DNA from: Escherichia coli
GTDB lineage: Bacteria; Pseudomonadota; Gammaproteobacteria; Enterobacterales; Enterobacteriaceae
Assembly: GCF_003334815.1 (NCBI RefSeq)
Contig: NZ_QOWO01000026.1
Strand: one strand, 5' to 3'
Length of the DNA: 62,123 bases
Positions 9,693-23,559 of this stretch are shown piece after piece; the stretch's first letter is position 1, and each line of letters opens with the position of its first letter. A model generated the notes under the pieces. It did no database searches. It was given only the letters and a program-made list of their open reading frames with translations, and was not told the origin of the DNA. The position numbers were made by a program, and so were the translations under genes.

Positions 9693-12566
9693 ATGACACA
9701 GACGTTAAGCCAGCTTGAAAACAGCGGCGCTTTTATTGAACGCCATATCGGACCGGACGCCGCGCAACAGCAAGAAATGCTGAATGCCGTTGGTGCACAA
9801 TCGTTAAACGCGCTGACCGGCCAGATTGTGCCGAAAGATATTCAACTTGCGACACCACCGCAGGTTGGCGCACCGGCGACCGAATACGCCGCACTGGCAG
9901 AACTCAAGGCTATTGCCAGTCGCAATAAACGCTTCACGTCTTACATCGGCATGGGTTACACCGCCGTGCAGCTACCGCCGGTTATCCTGCGTAACATGCT
10001 GGAAAATCCGGGCTGGTATACCGCGTACACTCCGTATCAACCTGAAGTCTCCCAGGGCCGCCTTGAAGCACTGCTCAACTTCCAGCAGGTAACGCTGGAT
10101 TTGACTGGACTGGATATGGCCTCTGCTTCTCTTCTGGACGAGGCCACCGCTGCCGCCGAAGCAATGGCGATGGCGAAACGCGTCAGCAAACTGAAAAATG
10201 CCAACCGCTTCTTCGTGGCTTCCGATGTGCATCCGCAAACGCTGGATGTGGTCCGTACTCGTGCCGAAACCTTTGGTTTTGAAGTGATTGTCGATGACGC
10301 GCAAAAAGTGCTCGACCATCAGGACGTCTTCGGCGTGCTGTTACAGCAGGTAGGCACTACCGGTGAAATTCACGACTACACTGCGCTTATTAGCGAACTG
10401 AAATCACGCAAAATTGTGGTCAGCGTTGCCGCCGATATTATGGCGCTGGTGCTGTTAACTGCGCCGGGTAAACAGGGCGCGGATATTGTTTTTGGTTCGG
10501 CGCAACGCTTCGGCGTGCCGATGGGCTACGGTGGCCCACACGCGGCATTCTTTGCGGCGAAAGATGAATACAAACGCTCAATGCCGGGCCGTATTATCGG
10601 TGTATCGAAAGATGCAGCTGGCAATACCGCGCTGCGCATGGCGATGCAGACTCGCGAGCAACATATCCGCCGTGAGAAAGCGAACTCCAACATTTGTACT
10701 TCCCAGGTACTGCTGGCAAACATCGCCAGCCTGTATGCCGTTTATCACGGCCCGGTTGGCCTGAAACGTATCGCTAACCGCATTCACCGTCTGACCGATA
10801 TCCTGGCGGCGGGCCTGCAACAAAAAGGTCTGAAACTGCGCCATGCGCACTATTTCGACACCTTGTGTGTGGAAGTGGCCGACAAAGCGGGCGTACTGAC
10901 GCGTGCCGAAGCGGCTGAAATCAACCTGCGTAGCGATATTCTGAACGCGGTTGGGATCACCCTTGATGAAACAACCACGCGTGAAAACGTAATGCAGCTT
11001 TTCAACGTGCTGCTGGGCGATAACCACGGCCTGGACATCGACACGCTGGACAAAGACGTGGCTCACGACAGCCGCTCTATCCAGCCTGCGATGCTGCGCG
11101 ACGACGAAATCCTCACCCATCCGGTGTTTAATCGCTACCACAGCGAAACCGAAATGATGCGCTATATGCACTCGCTGGAGCGTAAAGATCTGGCGCTGAA
11201 TCAGGCGATGATCCCGCTGGGTTCCTGCACCATGAAACTGAACGCCGCCGCCGAGATGATCCCAATCACCTGGCCGGAATTTGCCGAACTGCACCCGTTC
11301 TGCCCGCCGGAGCAGGCCGAAGGTTATCAGCAGATGATTGCGCAGCTGGCTGACTGGCTGGTGAAACTGACCGGTTACGACGCCGTTTGTATGCAGCCGA
11401 ACTCTGGCGCACAGGGCGAATACGCGGGCCTGCTGGCGATTCGTCATTATCATGAAAGCCGCAACGAAGGGCATCGCGATATCTGCCTGATCCCGGCTTC
11501 TGCGCACGGAACTAACCCCGCTTCTGCACATATGGCAGGAATGCAGGTGGTGGTTGTGGCGTGTGATAAAAACGGCAACATCGATCTGACTGATCTGCGC
11601 GCGAAAGCGGAACAGGCGGGCGATAACCTCTCCTGTATCATGGTGACTTATCCTTCTACCCACGGCGTGTATGAAGAAACGATCCGTGAAGTGTGTGAAG
11701 TCGTGCATCAGTTCGGCGGTCAGGTTTACCTTGATGGCGCGAACATGAACGCCCAGGTTGGCATCACCTCGCCGGGCTTTATTGGTGCGGACGTTTCACA
11801 CCTTAACCTACATAAAACTTTCTGCATTCCGCACGGCGGTGGTGGTCCGGGTATGGGACCGATCGGCGTGAAAGCGCATTTGGCACCGTTTGTACCGGGT
11901 CATAGCGTGGTGCAAATCGAAGGCATGTTAACCCGTCAGGGCGCGGTTTCTGCGGCACCGTTCGGTAGCGCCTCTATCCTGCCAATCAGCTGGATGTACA
12001 TCCGCATGATGGGCGCAGAAGGGCTGAAAAAAGCAAGCCAGGTGGCAATCCTCAACGCCAACTATATTGCCAGCCGCCTGCAGGATGCCTTCCCGGTGCT
12101 GTATACCGGTCGCGACGGTCGCGTGGCGCACGAATGTATTCTCGATATTCGCCCGCTGAAAGAAGAAACCGGCATCAGCGAGCTGGATATTGCCAAGCGC
12201 CTGATCGACTACGGTTTCCACGCGCCGACGATGTCGTTCCCGGTGGCGGGTACGCTGATGGTTGAACCGACTGAATCTGAAAGCAAAGTGGAACTGGATC
12301 GCTTTATCGACGCGATGCTGGCTATCCGCGCAGAAATTGACCAGGTGAAAGCCGGTGTCTGGCCGCTGGAAGATAACCCGCTGGTGAACGCGCCGCACAT
12401 CCAGAGCGAACTGGTCGCCGAGTGGGCGCATCCGTACAGCCGTGAAGTTGCGGTATTCCCGGCAGGTGTGGCAGACAAATACTGGCCGACAGTGAAACGT
12501 CTGGATGATGTTTACGGCGACCGTAACCTGTTCTGCTCCTGCGTACCGATTAGCGAATACCAGTAA
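9693..12566 (+). CDS. gcvP: Glycine dehydrogenase (decarboxylating), glycine cleavage P protein
   Basis: 957-aa [25 protein letters not shown]...; PLP-dependent; operon position. Confidence 0.97.
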   Translation: MTQTLSQLENSGAFIERHIGPDAAQQQEMLNAVGAQSLNALTGQIVPKDIQLATPPQVGAPATEYAALAELKAIASRNKRFTSYIGMGYTAVQLPPVILRNMLENPGWYTAYTPYQPEVSQGRLEALLNFQQVTLDLTGLDMASASLLDEATAAAEAMAMAKRVSKLKNANRFFVASDVHPQTLDVVRTRAETFGFEVIVDDAQKVLDHQDVFGVLLQQVGTTGEIHDYTALISELKSRKIVVSVAADIMALVLLTAPGKQGADIVFGSAQRFGVPMGYGGPHAAFFAAKDEYKRSMPGRIIGVSKDAAGNTALRMAMQTREQHIRREKANSNICTSQVLLANIASLYAVYHGPVGLKRIANRIHRLTDILAAGLQQKGLKLRHAHYFDTLCVEVADKAGVLTRAEAAEINLRSDILNAVGITLDETTTRENVMQLFNVLLGDNHGLDIDTLDKDVAHDSRSIQPAMLRDDEILTHPVFNRYHSETEMMRYMHSLERKDLALNQAMIPLGSCTMKLNAAAEMIPITWPEFAELHPFCPPEQAEGYQQMIAQLADWLVKLTGYDAVCMQPNSGAQGEYAGLLAIRHYHESRNEGHRDICLIPASAHGTNPASAHMAGMQVVVVACDKNGNIDLTDLRAKAEQAGDNLSCIMVTYPSTHGVYEETIREVCEVVHQFGGQVYLDGANMNAQVGITSPGFIGADVSHLNLHKTFCIPHGGGGPGMGPIGVKAHLAPFVPGHSVVQIEGMLTRQGAVSAAPFGSASILPISWMYIRMMGAEGLKKASQVAILNANYIASRLQDAFPVLYTGRDGRVAHECILDIRPLKEETGISELDIAKRLIDYGFHAPTMSFPVAGTLMVEPTESESKVELDRFIDAMLAIRAEIDQVKAGVWPLEDNPLVNAPHIQSELVAEWAHPYSREVAVFPAGVADKYWPTVKRLDDVYGDRNLFCSCVPISEYQ

Positions 12567-12588
12567 TTCACTGATTCGACTATTTTCT

Positions 12589-12610
12589 AAAGGCGCTTCG
12601 GCGCCTTTTT
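12589..12610 (+). terminator. Rho-independent terminator after gcvP
   Basis: aaaggcgc-ttcg-gcgccttttt hairpin plus T-run, ~25 nt after the stop. Confidence 0.7.
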
Positions 12611-12645
12611 AGTCAGATGACAAAGTACAAAAGTGCTCAGACAGT

Positions 12646-12747
12646 CCCCTCGCCCCTTTGGGGAGAGGGTTAGGGTGAGGGGAACAGGCCGGCACTGGCG
12701 CGAATATTTACCCTCACCCCGGCCCTCTCCCTGAAAGGGCGAGGGGG
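12646..12747. repeat. ~100-bp GC-rich palindromic intergenic element
   Basis: Left arm cccctcgcccctttggggagagggttagggtgagggg and right arm ccctcaccccggccctctccctgaaagggcgaggggg are near-perfect reverse complements; family name not assigned with confidence. Confidence 0.5.
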
Positions 12748-12832
12748 AAAAGCGTGCCAACATTGAAGATTGAGCCAGTTTGTTAGCAATCTCAAAGATA
12801 CGTCAACGAATTAATTTTTCTCGGAAAAACAA

Positions 12833-13576
12833 ATGGCTATAGCACTTGTGACTGGTGGCAGTCGCGGCATCGGGCGGGCAACTGCATTACTGTTGGCGCA
12901 AGAAGGGTATACGGTGGCGGTTAATTATCAGCAAAACCTCCACGCGGCGCAGGAAGTGATGAACTTAATAACGCAAGCCGGTGGCAAAGCATTCGTGCTC
13001 CAGGCGGATATCAGCGACGAAAACCAGGTCGTTGCGATGTTTACAGCAATCGATCAGCACGATGAACCGCTAGCAGCGCTGGTCAATAACGCCGGGATCT
13101 TGTTTACCCAGTGCACCGTTGAAAACCTTACCGCAGAGCGAATCAACCGAGTACTTTCCACCAACGTGACGGGATATTTTCTCTGCTGCCGCGAGGCGGT
13201 AAAACGCATGGCGCTTAAAAATGGTGGCAGTGGCGGCGCTATCGTCAATGTCTCTTCGGTGGCCTCACGGTTGGGTTCGCCAGGGGAATATGTTGATTAC
13301 GCGGCATCGAAAGGGGCGATTGATACGTTAACCACCGGACTATCGCTGGAAGTCGCCGCGCAGGGGATCCGCGTTAACTGCGTGCGGCCAGGGTTTATTT
13401 ATACCGAAATGCACGCCAGCGGCGGCGAGCCTGGACGCGTCGATCGCGTTAAGTCGAACATCCCCATGCAGCGTGGTGGACAGGCAGAAGAGGTCGCGCA
13501 GGCCATTGTCTGGCTACTAAGTGATAAAGCCTCTTACGTCACGGGAAGTTTTATCGATTTGGCGGGCGGGAAATAA
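12833..13576 (+). CDS. ygfF: Short-chain dehydrogenase/reductase family oxidoreductase
   Basis: 247-aa ORF with SDR cofactor motif TGGSRGIG and YxxxK region (YAASKGA). Confidence 0.9.
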   Translation: MAIALVTGGSRGIGRATALLLAQEGYTVAVNYQQNLHAAQEVMNLITQAGGKAFVLQADISDENQVVAMFTAIDQHDEPLAALVNNAGILFTQCTVENLTAERINRVLSTNVTGYFLCCREAVKRMALKNGGSGGAIVNVSSVASRLGSPGEYVDYAASKGAIDTLTTGLSLEVAAQGIRVNCVRPGFIYTEMHASGGEPGRVDRVKSNIPMQRGGQAEEVAQAIVWLLSDKASYVTGSFIDLAGGK

Positions 13577-13594
13577 AACAGGGAAGTTGTCTGA

Positions 13595-13620
13595 CCGGAT
13601 GCAACAAGTATTGCATCCGG
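13595..13620. terminator. Perfect 10-bp-stem hairpin between convergent ygfF and bglA
   Basis: ccggatgcaa-caagta-ttgcatccgg; no strong U-run on either strand, so terminator function is uncertain. Confidence 0.4.
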
Positions 13621-13632
13621 TACTTCATCGAC

Positions 13633-15093
<1,461 letters not shown>

Positions 15094-15110
15094 TTACAGG
15101 AAATAGTACC

Positions 15111-15422
15111 ATGCAGCCAAACGACATCACTTTTTTTCAACGTTTCCAGGATGACATTCTGGCTGGGCGTAAAACCATCACCATCCGCGACGAGTCTGAA
15201 TCGCACTTCAAAACGGGTGATGTGCTTCGTGTCGGACGTTTTGAAGATGACGGTTATTTTTGCACGATTGAAGTCACCGCAACCTCAACCGTAACGCTGG
15301 ATACGCTGACTGAAAAACATGCAGAGCAGGAAAATATGACCCTGACTGAACTGAAAAAAGTCATTGCTGACATCTATCCCGGTCAGACACAATTTTATGT
15401 GATTGAATTTAAATGTCTTTAA
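15111..15422 (+). CDS. yqfB: ASCH-domain protein YqfB
   Basis: 103-aa [33 protein letters not shown]... Confidence 0.93.
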   Translation: MQPNDITFFQRFQDDILAGRKTITIRDESESHFKTGDVLRVGRFEDDGYFCTIEVTATSTVTLDTLTEKHAEQENMTLTELKKVIADIYPGQTQFYVIEFKCL

Positions 15423-15582
15423 ATTGAACTCACGCCTGTTAGTTGAAATTTCGCATTTAATTTCATGATTTTTAGGAGATTAGTCTCAAATCAGAATTTA
15501 TTTTAGCTAACAGGTGTTCACTGGAACTATTCTCAGTTACGCTGGAGAGGTATACATGTGCGTGTACGTTTCTCCGGAGTAA

Positions 15583-16245
<663 letters not shown>

Positions 16246-16257
16246 TGGGTATGCCTT

Positions 16258-16432
16258 TGTAGGCCTGATAAGACGCGCCAGCGTCGCATCAGGCATCGGA
16301 GCACAACTGCCGGATTCGGCGTGAACGCCTTATCCGATCTACGGGCCTCGTCCCTGTTGTGATAAAGGCATCAAATCCCAGACATGATAAGACGCGCCAG
16401 CGTCGCATCAGGCGATAAATGCCTGATGCGAT
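16258..16432. repeat. REP/BIME cluster (repetitive extragenic palindromes)
   Basis: gcctgataagacgcgccagcgtcgcatcaggc, gccggattcggcgtgaacgccttatccg and gataagacgcgccagcgtcgcatcaggcg match REP consensus types. Confidence 0.8.
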
Positions 16433-16440
16433 AAAGAGAT

Positions 16441-17421
16441 TTACTCTTCGAGCGAATACGGCAGCGGCTCGATATGCAATGTATTCGCATCGTCGCGTAC
16501 GCGGAAGATGCTATCCGGTTCCATATCGTTATTCATGACGACCTGTACCACGACCTGACCATCTTCCAGTTTTACCGCAGCCAGTACCGTACCGGTACGA
16601 CGCCAGTTCTCGCCCATTTTCAGCTCTAAGTCTTCACCAGCTTCCGGCAGTCGGCTGGCGCTACCTGCCAGCAACCAGAGCGCACGTTTATTGGCACCAC
16701 GGAATTTTGCTCGCGCCACCATCTCTTGTCCGGTATAACAGCCTTTCTTAAAGCTGATACCGCCCAGCGCCTGGAGATTGGTCGCCTGTGGGATAAACTG
16801 CCCGCTGTTGGCGGCATCAATCACCGGGAAACCCGCTTCAATGTTTAATGCCAGCCACTGTTGGCTATTGTTCAGTTCCGCTTCACCGCGCAGTTTATCG
16901 GTCAGCATATTAGCAGTAGCTTCATCGGTTACGATCAGGAAACGTTCTGCCGGGTGTTCAAACCATAGCAAAGTGGTCGCGCCTTCTTTGACTACCTGTT
17001 TTTCTTTCGAAGGCAGTTCGCTAAAGAGATTTGCCAGCGCGGCGCGCGCCTGAAAACCGGCAACACCAAGCAGCACACGCTCGTCGTCTGGCGCGATGGT
17101 CACTTTAGAGAATACCGCATATTTTTTCAGTTCAGTCAGCTGCGGTTCACGCACGCTGCGCCGTTCAATCCATGCAAAGCCATCGCCGTCGCGGAACAGA
17201 CGTAAATTGCTCCACATTTTACCTTTGGCGTCGCAATGGGCGGCGAGCAGGTGCTGATCTTCTGCCATCTGGCTGACATCTGCTGTCACCTGACCCTGCA
17301 TATATTTTTCGCTGTCCGCGCCAGTAATGGTGGCAAGCGCCCAGTCATCAAGCGTCATCAGCGTCAGCGGTAAACGGGCAGAAGCCGTAGGCTGACGGGG
17401 AGGAAAAGGTGTAAAAGCCAT
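16441..17421 (-). CDS. ygfZ: Folate-binding tRNA-modifying protein YgfZ
   Basis: 326-aa [37 protein letters not shown]...; GcvT-like fold. Confidence 0.95.
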   Translation of the reverse strand: MAFTPFPPRQPTASARLPLTLMTLDDWALATITGADSEKYMQGQVTADVSQMAEDQHLLAAHCDAKGKMWSNLRLFRDGDGFAWIERRSVREPQLTELKKYAVFSKVTIAPDDERVLLGVAGFQARAALANLFSELPSKEKQVVKEGATTLLWFEHPAERFLIVTDEATANMLTDKLRGEAELNNSQQWLALNIEAGFPVIDAANSGQFIPQATNLQALGGISFKKGCYTGQEMVARAKFRGANKRALWLLAGSASRLPEAGEDLELKMGENWRRTGTVLAAVKLEDGQVVVQVVMNNDMEPDSIFRVRDDANTLHIEPLPYSLEE

Positions 17422-17651
17422 AATAGAGTCCTGAGTTGCTTAACGGCGTATTAATGACTAATGGTAAAAGAGCTATGAGGCAATGCAAGTGCTTTCACTA
17501 CGCGATCTGTGCCTTCTGCGAGGCGACTTCCAAAAAAATGAAGCCATTGAATTGTTGTGAATTAATTTCGCGATCGCGATGGTGTTTACTGATATTCCCG
17601 TAAAAGAAGGCGAAAAACACGTTACAATAGCCGGGTACTGGATTTTCGTGA

Positions 17652-18318
<667 letters not shown>

Positions 18319-18357
18319 AGATGACGGCAAAGCATATGCGCTAAGCCGTCAGTGAGA

Positions 18358-18879
18358 TCAGGCGTAATGCTCTGCCATTTCGTTGAGGATTTGCTCGCAC
18401 CAGCTCTGAATACGCTCGTCGCTAAGGTCATACTGGTTAGTTTCATCCAGCGCCAGACCCACGAACAGTTGCCCGTCAGCAATCACCGGTTTCGGGCTGG
18501 TAAATTCATATCCTTCCGTTGGCCAGTAGCCGACGAACTTCACGCCTTTGGTCGAGAGTTTGTCATGCAGCATACCGAGCGCATCGAGGAACCACTCGCC
18601 GTATCCCAGTTGATCGCCAAGCCCATACAGCGCAACAATTTTACCTTCAAGGTTCAGGTCGTCGAGCTGATCCCAGACGGCTTCCCAGTCTTCCTGGATT
18701 TCACCAAAATCCCAGGTCGGGATACCCAGAATGAGCACATCGTACTGCTCCATTAATTTCGGGGAGTCGTCCTTGAGGTTATGTAAGGTCACCAGTTCTG
18801 GGCCGATAATATCGCGGATTTTTTCTGCCGCCATTTCGGTGTAACAGGTGCTGGAACCGTAAAAAAGACCCATATTCAT
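18358..18879 (-). CDS. fldB: Flavodoxin 2
   Basis: 173-aa [24 protein letters not shown]..., flavodoxin FMN-binding signature. Confidence 0.95.
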
Positions 18880-18990
18880 AACGTAAGCTTCTCGATTCTG
18901 CTGTGGCTTTTGCGGCTAGTGTATCAGAATCGCTTTAGTCACGGCACAATAAGGCATAATGGATCAAATGAGTGACCATAAGGGGCGCAA

Positions 18991-19887
18991 GTGAAACAGG
19001 ATCTGGCACGCATCGAGCAGTTTCTTGATGCTCTGTGGCTGGAAAAAAATCTGGCTGAAAATACGTTGAACGCTTACCGTCGCGATCTGTCAATGATGGT
19101 GGAGTGGTTGCATCACCGCGGGTTGACGCTGGCGACGGCGCAAAGTGACGATTTGCAGGCATTACTGGCAGAACGGCTGGAGGGCGGGTATAAAGCCACC
19201 AGCTCAGCGCGTTTGCTGAGTGCAGTGCGCCGATTGTTCCAGTATCTTTATCGCGAAAAGTTTCGTGAAGACGATCCCAGTGCGCATCTCGCTTCACCGA
19301 AATTGCCCCAGCGTTTGCCAAAAGATTTAAGCGAAGCGCAGGTCGAACGTTTATTACAGGCACCATTAATCGATCAGCCACTGGAGCTACGCGATAAAGC
19401 CATGCTTGAAGTGTTGTATGCTACCGGGCTGCGTGTCTCTGAACTGGTCGGACTGACAATGAGTGATATCAGCCTGCGTCAGGGCGTGGTACGGGTCATT
19501 GGTAAAGGCAACAAAGAGCGTCTGGTGCCGTTAGGTGAAGAGGCGGTTTACTGGCTGGAAACCTATCTGGAACATGGGCGTCCGTGGCTGCTGAATGGTG
19601 TGTCAATTGACGTGTTGTTTCCCAGCCAGCGTGCGCAGCAGATGACGCGACAGACCTTCTGGCACCGTATTAAACATTATGCTGTGCTGGCGGGTATCGA
19701 CAGCGAAAAGCTGTCACCGCATGTGTTGCGTCACGCTTTTGCCACTCATTTATTAAATCATGGTGCGGATTTACGCGTGGTGCAGATGCTACTGGGCCAC
19801 AGCGATCTCTCCACCACGCAAATTTATACGCATGTCGCTACCGAGCGTCTGCGGCAACTTCATCAACAGCATCACCCGCGGGCGTGA
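18991..19887 (+). CDS. xerD: Site-specific tyrosine recombinase XerD
   Basis: 298-aa ORF; catalytic residues in HVLRHAFATHLL...LLGHSDLSTTQIYTHV. Confidence 0.96.
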   Translation: MKQDLARIEQFLDALWLEKNLAENTLNAYRRDLSMMVEWLHHRGLTLATAQSDDLQALLAERLEGGYKATSSARLLSAVRRLFQYLYREKFREDDPSAHLASPKLPQRLPKDLSEAQVERLLQAPLIDQPLELRDKAMLEVLYATGLRVSELVGLTMSDISLRQGVVRVIGKGNKERLVPLGEEAVYWLETYLEHGRPWLLNGVSIDVLFPSQRAQQMTRQTFWHRIKHYAVLAGIDSEKLSPHVLRHAFATHLLNHGADLRVVQMLLGHSDLSTTQIYTHVATERLRQLHQQHHPRA

Positions 19888-19911
19888 TGTCTGAAAAGAA
19901 CGGGAAGATTT

Positions 19912-20622
19912 ATGAAGAAAGGTTTTATGTTGTTTACTTTGTTAGCGGCGTTTTCAGGCTTTGCTCAGGCTGATGACGCGGCAATTCAACAAACGTTAGC
20001 CAAAATGGGCATCAAAAGCAGCGATATTCAGCCCGCGCCTGTAGCTGGCATGAAGACAGTTCTGACTAACAGCGGCGTGTTGTACATCACCGATGATGGT
20101 AAACATATCATTCAGGGGCCAATGTATGACGTTAGTGGCACGGCTCCGGTCAATGTCACCAATAAGATGCTGTTAAAGCAGTTGAATGCGCTTGAAAAAG
20201 AGATGATCGTTTATAAAGCGCCGCAGGAAAAACACGTCATCACCGTGTTTACTGATATTACCTGTGGTTACTGCCACAAACTGCATGAGCAAATGGCAGA
20301 CTACAACGCGCTGGGGATCACCGTGCGTTATCTTGCTTTCCCGCGCCAGGGGCTGGACAGCGATGCAGAGAAAGAAATGAAAGCTATCTGGTGTGCGAAA
20401 GATAAAAACAAAGCGTTTGATGATGTGATGGCAGGTAAAAGCGTCGCACCAGCCAGTTGCGACGTGGATATTGCCGACCATTACGCACTTGGCGTCCAGC
20501 TTGGCGTTAGCGGTACTCCGGCAGTTGTGCTGAGCAATGGCACACTTGTTCCGGGTTACCAGCCGCCGAAAGAGATGAAAGAATTCCTCGACGAACACCA
20601 AAAAATGACCAGCGGTAAATAA
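19912..20622 (+). CDS. dsbC: Periplasmic thiol:disulfide isomerase DsbC
   Basis: 236-aa ORF with signal peptide and CGYC active site. Confidence 0.96.
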   Translation: MKKGFMLFTLLAAFSGFAQADDAAIQQTLAKMGIKSSDIQPAPVAGMKTVLTNSGVLYITDDGKHIIQGPMYDVSGTAPVNVTNKMLLKQLNALEKEMIVYKAPQEKHVITVFTDITCGYCHKLHEQMADYNALGITVRYLAFPRQGLDSDAEKEMKAIWCAKDKNKAFDDVMAGKSVAPASCDVDIADHYALGVQLGVSGTPAVVLSNGTLVPGYQPPKEMKEFLDEHQKMTSGK

Positions 20623-20627
20623 TTCGC

Positions 20628-22361
20628 GTGAAACAACAGATACAACTTCGTCGCCGTGAAGTCGATGAAACGGCAGACTTGCCCGCTGAATTGCCTCCCT
20701 TGCTGCGCCGTTTATACGCCAGCCGGGGAGTACGCAGTGCGCAAGAACTGGAACGCAGTGTTAAAGGTATGCTGCCCTGGCAGCAACTGAGCGGCGTCGA
20801 AAAGGCCGTTGAGATCCTTTACAACGCTTTTCGCGAAGGAACGCGGATTATTGTGGTCGGTGATTTCGACGCCGACGGCGCGACCAGCACGGCTCTAAGC
20901 GTGCTGGCGATGCGCTCGCTTGGTTGCAGCAATATCGACTACCTGGTACCAAACCGTTTCGAAGACGGTTACGGCTTAAGCCCGGAAGTGGTCGATCAGG
21001 CCCATGCCCGTGGCGCGCAGTTAATTGTCACGGTGGATAACGGTATTTCCTCCCATGCGGGGGTTGAGCACGCTCGCTCGTTGGGCATCCCGGTTATTGT
21101 TACCGATCACCATTTGCCAGGCGACACATTACCCGCAGCGGAAGCGATCATTAACCCTAACTTGCGCGACTGTAATTTCCCGTCGAAATCACTGGCAGGC
21201 GTGGGTGTGGCGTTTTATCTGATGCTGGCGCTGCGCACCTTTTTGCGCGATCAGGGCTGGTTTGATGAGCGTAACATCGCAATTCCTAACCTGGCAGAAC
21301 TGCTGGATCTGGTCGCGCTGGGGACAGTGGCGGACGTCGTGCCGCTGGACGCTAATAATCGCATTCTGACCTGGCAGGGGATGAGTCGCATCCGAGCCGG
21401 AAAGTGCCGTCCGGGGATTAAAGCGCTGCTTGAAGTGGCAAACCGTGATGCACAAAAACTCGCCGCCAGCGATTTAGGTTTTGCGCTGGGGCCACGTCTC
21501 AATGCTGCCGGACGACTGGACGATATGTCCGTCGGTGTGGCGCTGTTGTTGTGCGACAACATCGGCGAAGCGCGCGTGCTGGCAAATGAACTCGATGCGC
21601 TAAACCAGACGCGAAAAGAGATCGAACAAGGAATGCAAATTGAAGCCCTGACCCTGTGCGAGAAACTGGAGCGCAGCCGTGACACGCTACCCGGCGGGCT
21701 GGCAATGTATCACCCCGAATGGCATCAGGGCGTTGTCGGTATTCTGGCTTCGCGCATCAAAGAGCGTTTTCACCGTCCGGTTATCGCGTTTGCGCCAGCA
21801 GGTGACGGTACGCTGAAAGGTTCCGGTCGCTCCATTCAGGGGCTGCATATGCGTGATGCGCTGGAGCGATTAGACACACTCTACCCTGGCATGATGCTGA
21901 AGTTTGGCGGTCATGCGATGGCGGCGGGTTTGTCGCTGGAAGAGGATAAATTCAAACTCTTTCAACAACGGTTTGGCGAACTGGTTACTGAGTGGCTGGA
22001 CCCTTCGCTATTGCAAGGCGAAGTGGTATCAGACGGTCCGTTAAGCCCGGCCGAAATGACCATGGAAGTGGCGCAGCTGCTGCGCGATGCTGGCCCGTGG
22101 GGGCAGATGTTCCCGGAGCCGCTGTTTGACGGTCATTTCCGTCTGCTGCAACAGCGGCTGGTGGGCGAACGTCATTTGAAGGTGATGGTCGAACCGGTCG
22201 GCGGCGGTCCACTGCTGGATGGTATTGCTTTTAATGTCGATACCGCCCTCTGGCCGGATAACGGCGTGCGCGAAGTGCAACTGGCTTATAAGCTCGATAT
22301 CAACGAGTTTCGCGGCAACCGCAGCCTGCAAATTATCATCGACAATATCTGGCCAATTTAG
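20628..22361 (+). CDS. recJ: Single-stranded-DNA-specific exonuclease RecJ
   Basis: 577-aa ORF with GTG start; DHH motifs (VVGDFDADG, DHH). Confidence 0.96.
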   Translation: MKQQIQLRRREVDETADLPAELPPLLRRLYASRGVRSAQELERSVKGMLPWQQLSGVEKAVEILYNAFREGTRIIVVGDFDADGATSTALSVLAMRSLGCSNIDYLVPNRFEDGYGLSPEVVDQAHARGAQLIVTVDNGISSHAGVEHARSLGIPVIVTDHHLPGDTLPAAEAIINPNLRDCNFPSKSLAGVGVAFYLMLALRTFLRDQGWFDERNIAIPNLAELLDLVALGTVADVVPLDANNRILTWQGMSRIRAGKCRPGIKALLEVANRDAQKLAASDLGFALGPRLNAAGRLDDMSVGVALLLCDNIGEARVLANELDALNQTRKEIEQGMQIEALTLCEKLERSRDTLPGGLAMYHPEWHQGVVGILASRIKERFHRPVIAFAPAGDGTLKGSGRSIQGLHMRDALERLDTLYPGMMLKFGGHAMAAGLSLEEDKFKLFQQRFGELVTEWLDPSLLQGEVVSDGPLSPAEMTMEVAQLLRDAGPWGQMFPEPLFDGHFRLLQQRLVGERHLKVMVEPVGGGPLLDGIAFNVDTALWPDNGVREVQLAYKLDINEFRGNRSLQIIIDNIWPI

Positions 22362-22451
22362 CGTCATCTTCTCTATAAAAAAGAGCGTGGATTGGGTACA
22401 ATCCCGCTCTTATCACCGCATTTTGACTAGCTCAATAAAAGAAATCAGACC

Positions 22452-23550
22452 ATGTTTGAAATTAATCCGGTAAATAATCGCATTCAGGACCTCACGGAAC
22501 GCTCCGACGTTCTTAGGGGGTATCTTTGACTACGACGCCAAGAAAGAGCGTCTGGAAGAAGTAAACGCCGAGCTGGAACAGCCGGATGTCTGGAACGAAC
22601 CCGAACGCGCACAGGCGCTGGGTAAAGAGCGTTCCTCCCTCGAAGCCGTTGTCGACACCCTCGACCAAATGAAACAGGGGCTGGAAGATGTTTCTGGTCT
22701 GCTGGAACTGGCTGTAGAAGCTGACGACGAAGAAACCTTTAACGAAGCCGTTGCTGAACTCGACGCCCTGGAAGAAAAACTGGCGCAGCTTGAGTTCCGC
22801 CGTATGTTCTCTGGCGAATATGACAGCGCCGACTGCTACCTCGATATTCAGGCGGGGTCTGGCGGTACGGAAGCACAGGACTGGGCGAGCATGCTTGAGC
22901 GTATGTATCTGCGCTGGGCAGAATCGCGTGGTTTCAAAACTGAAATCATCGAAGAGTCGGAAGGTGAAGTGGCGGGTATTAAATCCGTGACGATCAAAAT
23001 CTCCGGCGATTACGCTTACGGCTGGCTGCGTACAGAAACCGGCGTTCACCGCCTGGTGCGTAAAAGCCCGTTTGACTCCGGCGGTCGTCGCCACACGTCG
23101 TTCAGCTCCGCGTTTGTTTATCCGGAAGTTGATGATGATATTGATATCGAAATCAACCCGGCGGATCTGCGCATTGACGTTTATCGCGCGTCCGGCGCGG
23201 GCGGTCAGCACGTTAACCGTACCGAATCTGCGGTGCGTATTACCCACATCCCGACCGGGATCGTGACCCAGTGCCAGAACGACCGTTCCCAGCACAAGAA
23301 CAAAGATCAGGCCATGAAGCAGATGAAAGCGAAGCTTTATGAACTGGAGATGCAGAAGAAAAATGCCGAGAAACAGGCGATGGAAGATAACAAATCCGAC
23401 ATCGGCTGGGGCAGCCAGATTCGTTCTTATGTCCTTGATGACTCCCGCATTAAAGATCTGCGCACCGGGGTAGAAACCCGCAACACGCAGGCCGTGCTGG
23501 ACGGCAGCCTGGATCAATTTATCGAAGCAAGTTTGAAAGCAGGGTTATGA
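22452..23550 (+). CDS. prfB: Peptide chain release factor 2, translated with a programmed +1 frameshift at 22524-22530
   Basis: Frame-0 ATG at 22452 encodes [25 protein letters not shown] and hits in-frame TGA at 22527-22529; the +1 frame continues from GAC (22528) to the stop at 23550 and includes the GGQ motif; 365 aa total. Confidence 0.93.
22515..22530 (+). promoter_or_regulatory. prfB: prfB autoregulatory frameshift site (internal Shine-Dalgarno + CUU UGA C)
   Basis: AGGGGG tat CTT TGA C; classic RF2 frameshift cassette. Confidence 0.9.
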
Positions 23551-23559
23551 GGAACCAAC

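Noticed and set aside
10578-11708. Long antisense ORFs inside known genes (e.g. 376 aa antisense to gcvP; 334 aa antisense to prfB at 22513-23517; 471 aa antisense to lysS at 23545-24960; 234 aa antisense to pepP at 4254-4958)
   Set aside because: Shadow ORFs typical of GC-rich coding DNA; the sense-strand genes are well-supported conserved proteins and the antisense products have unusual composition.
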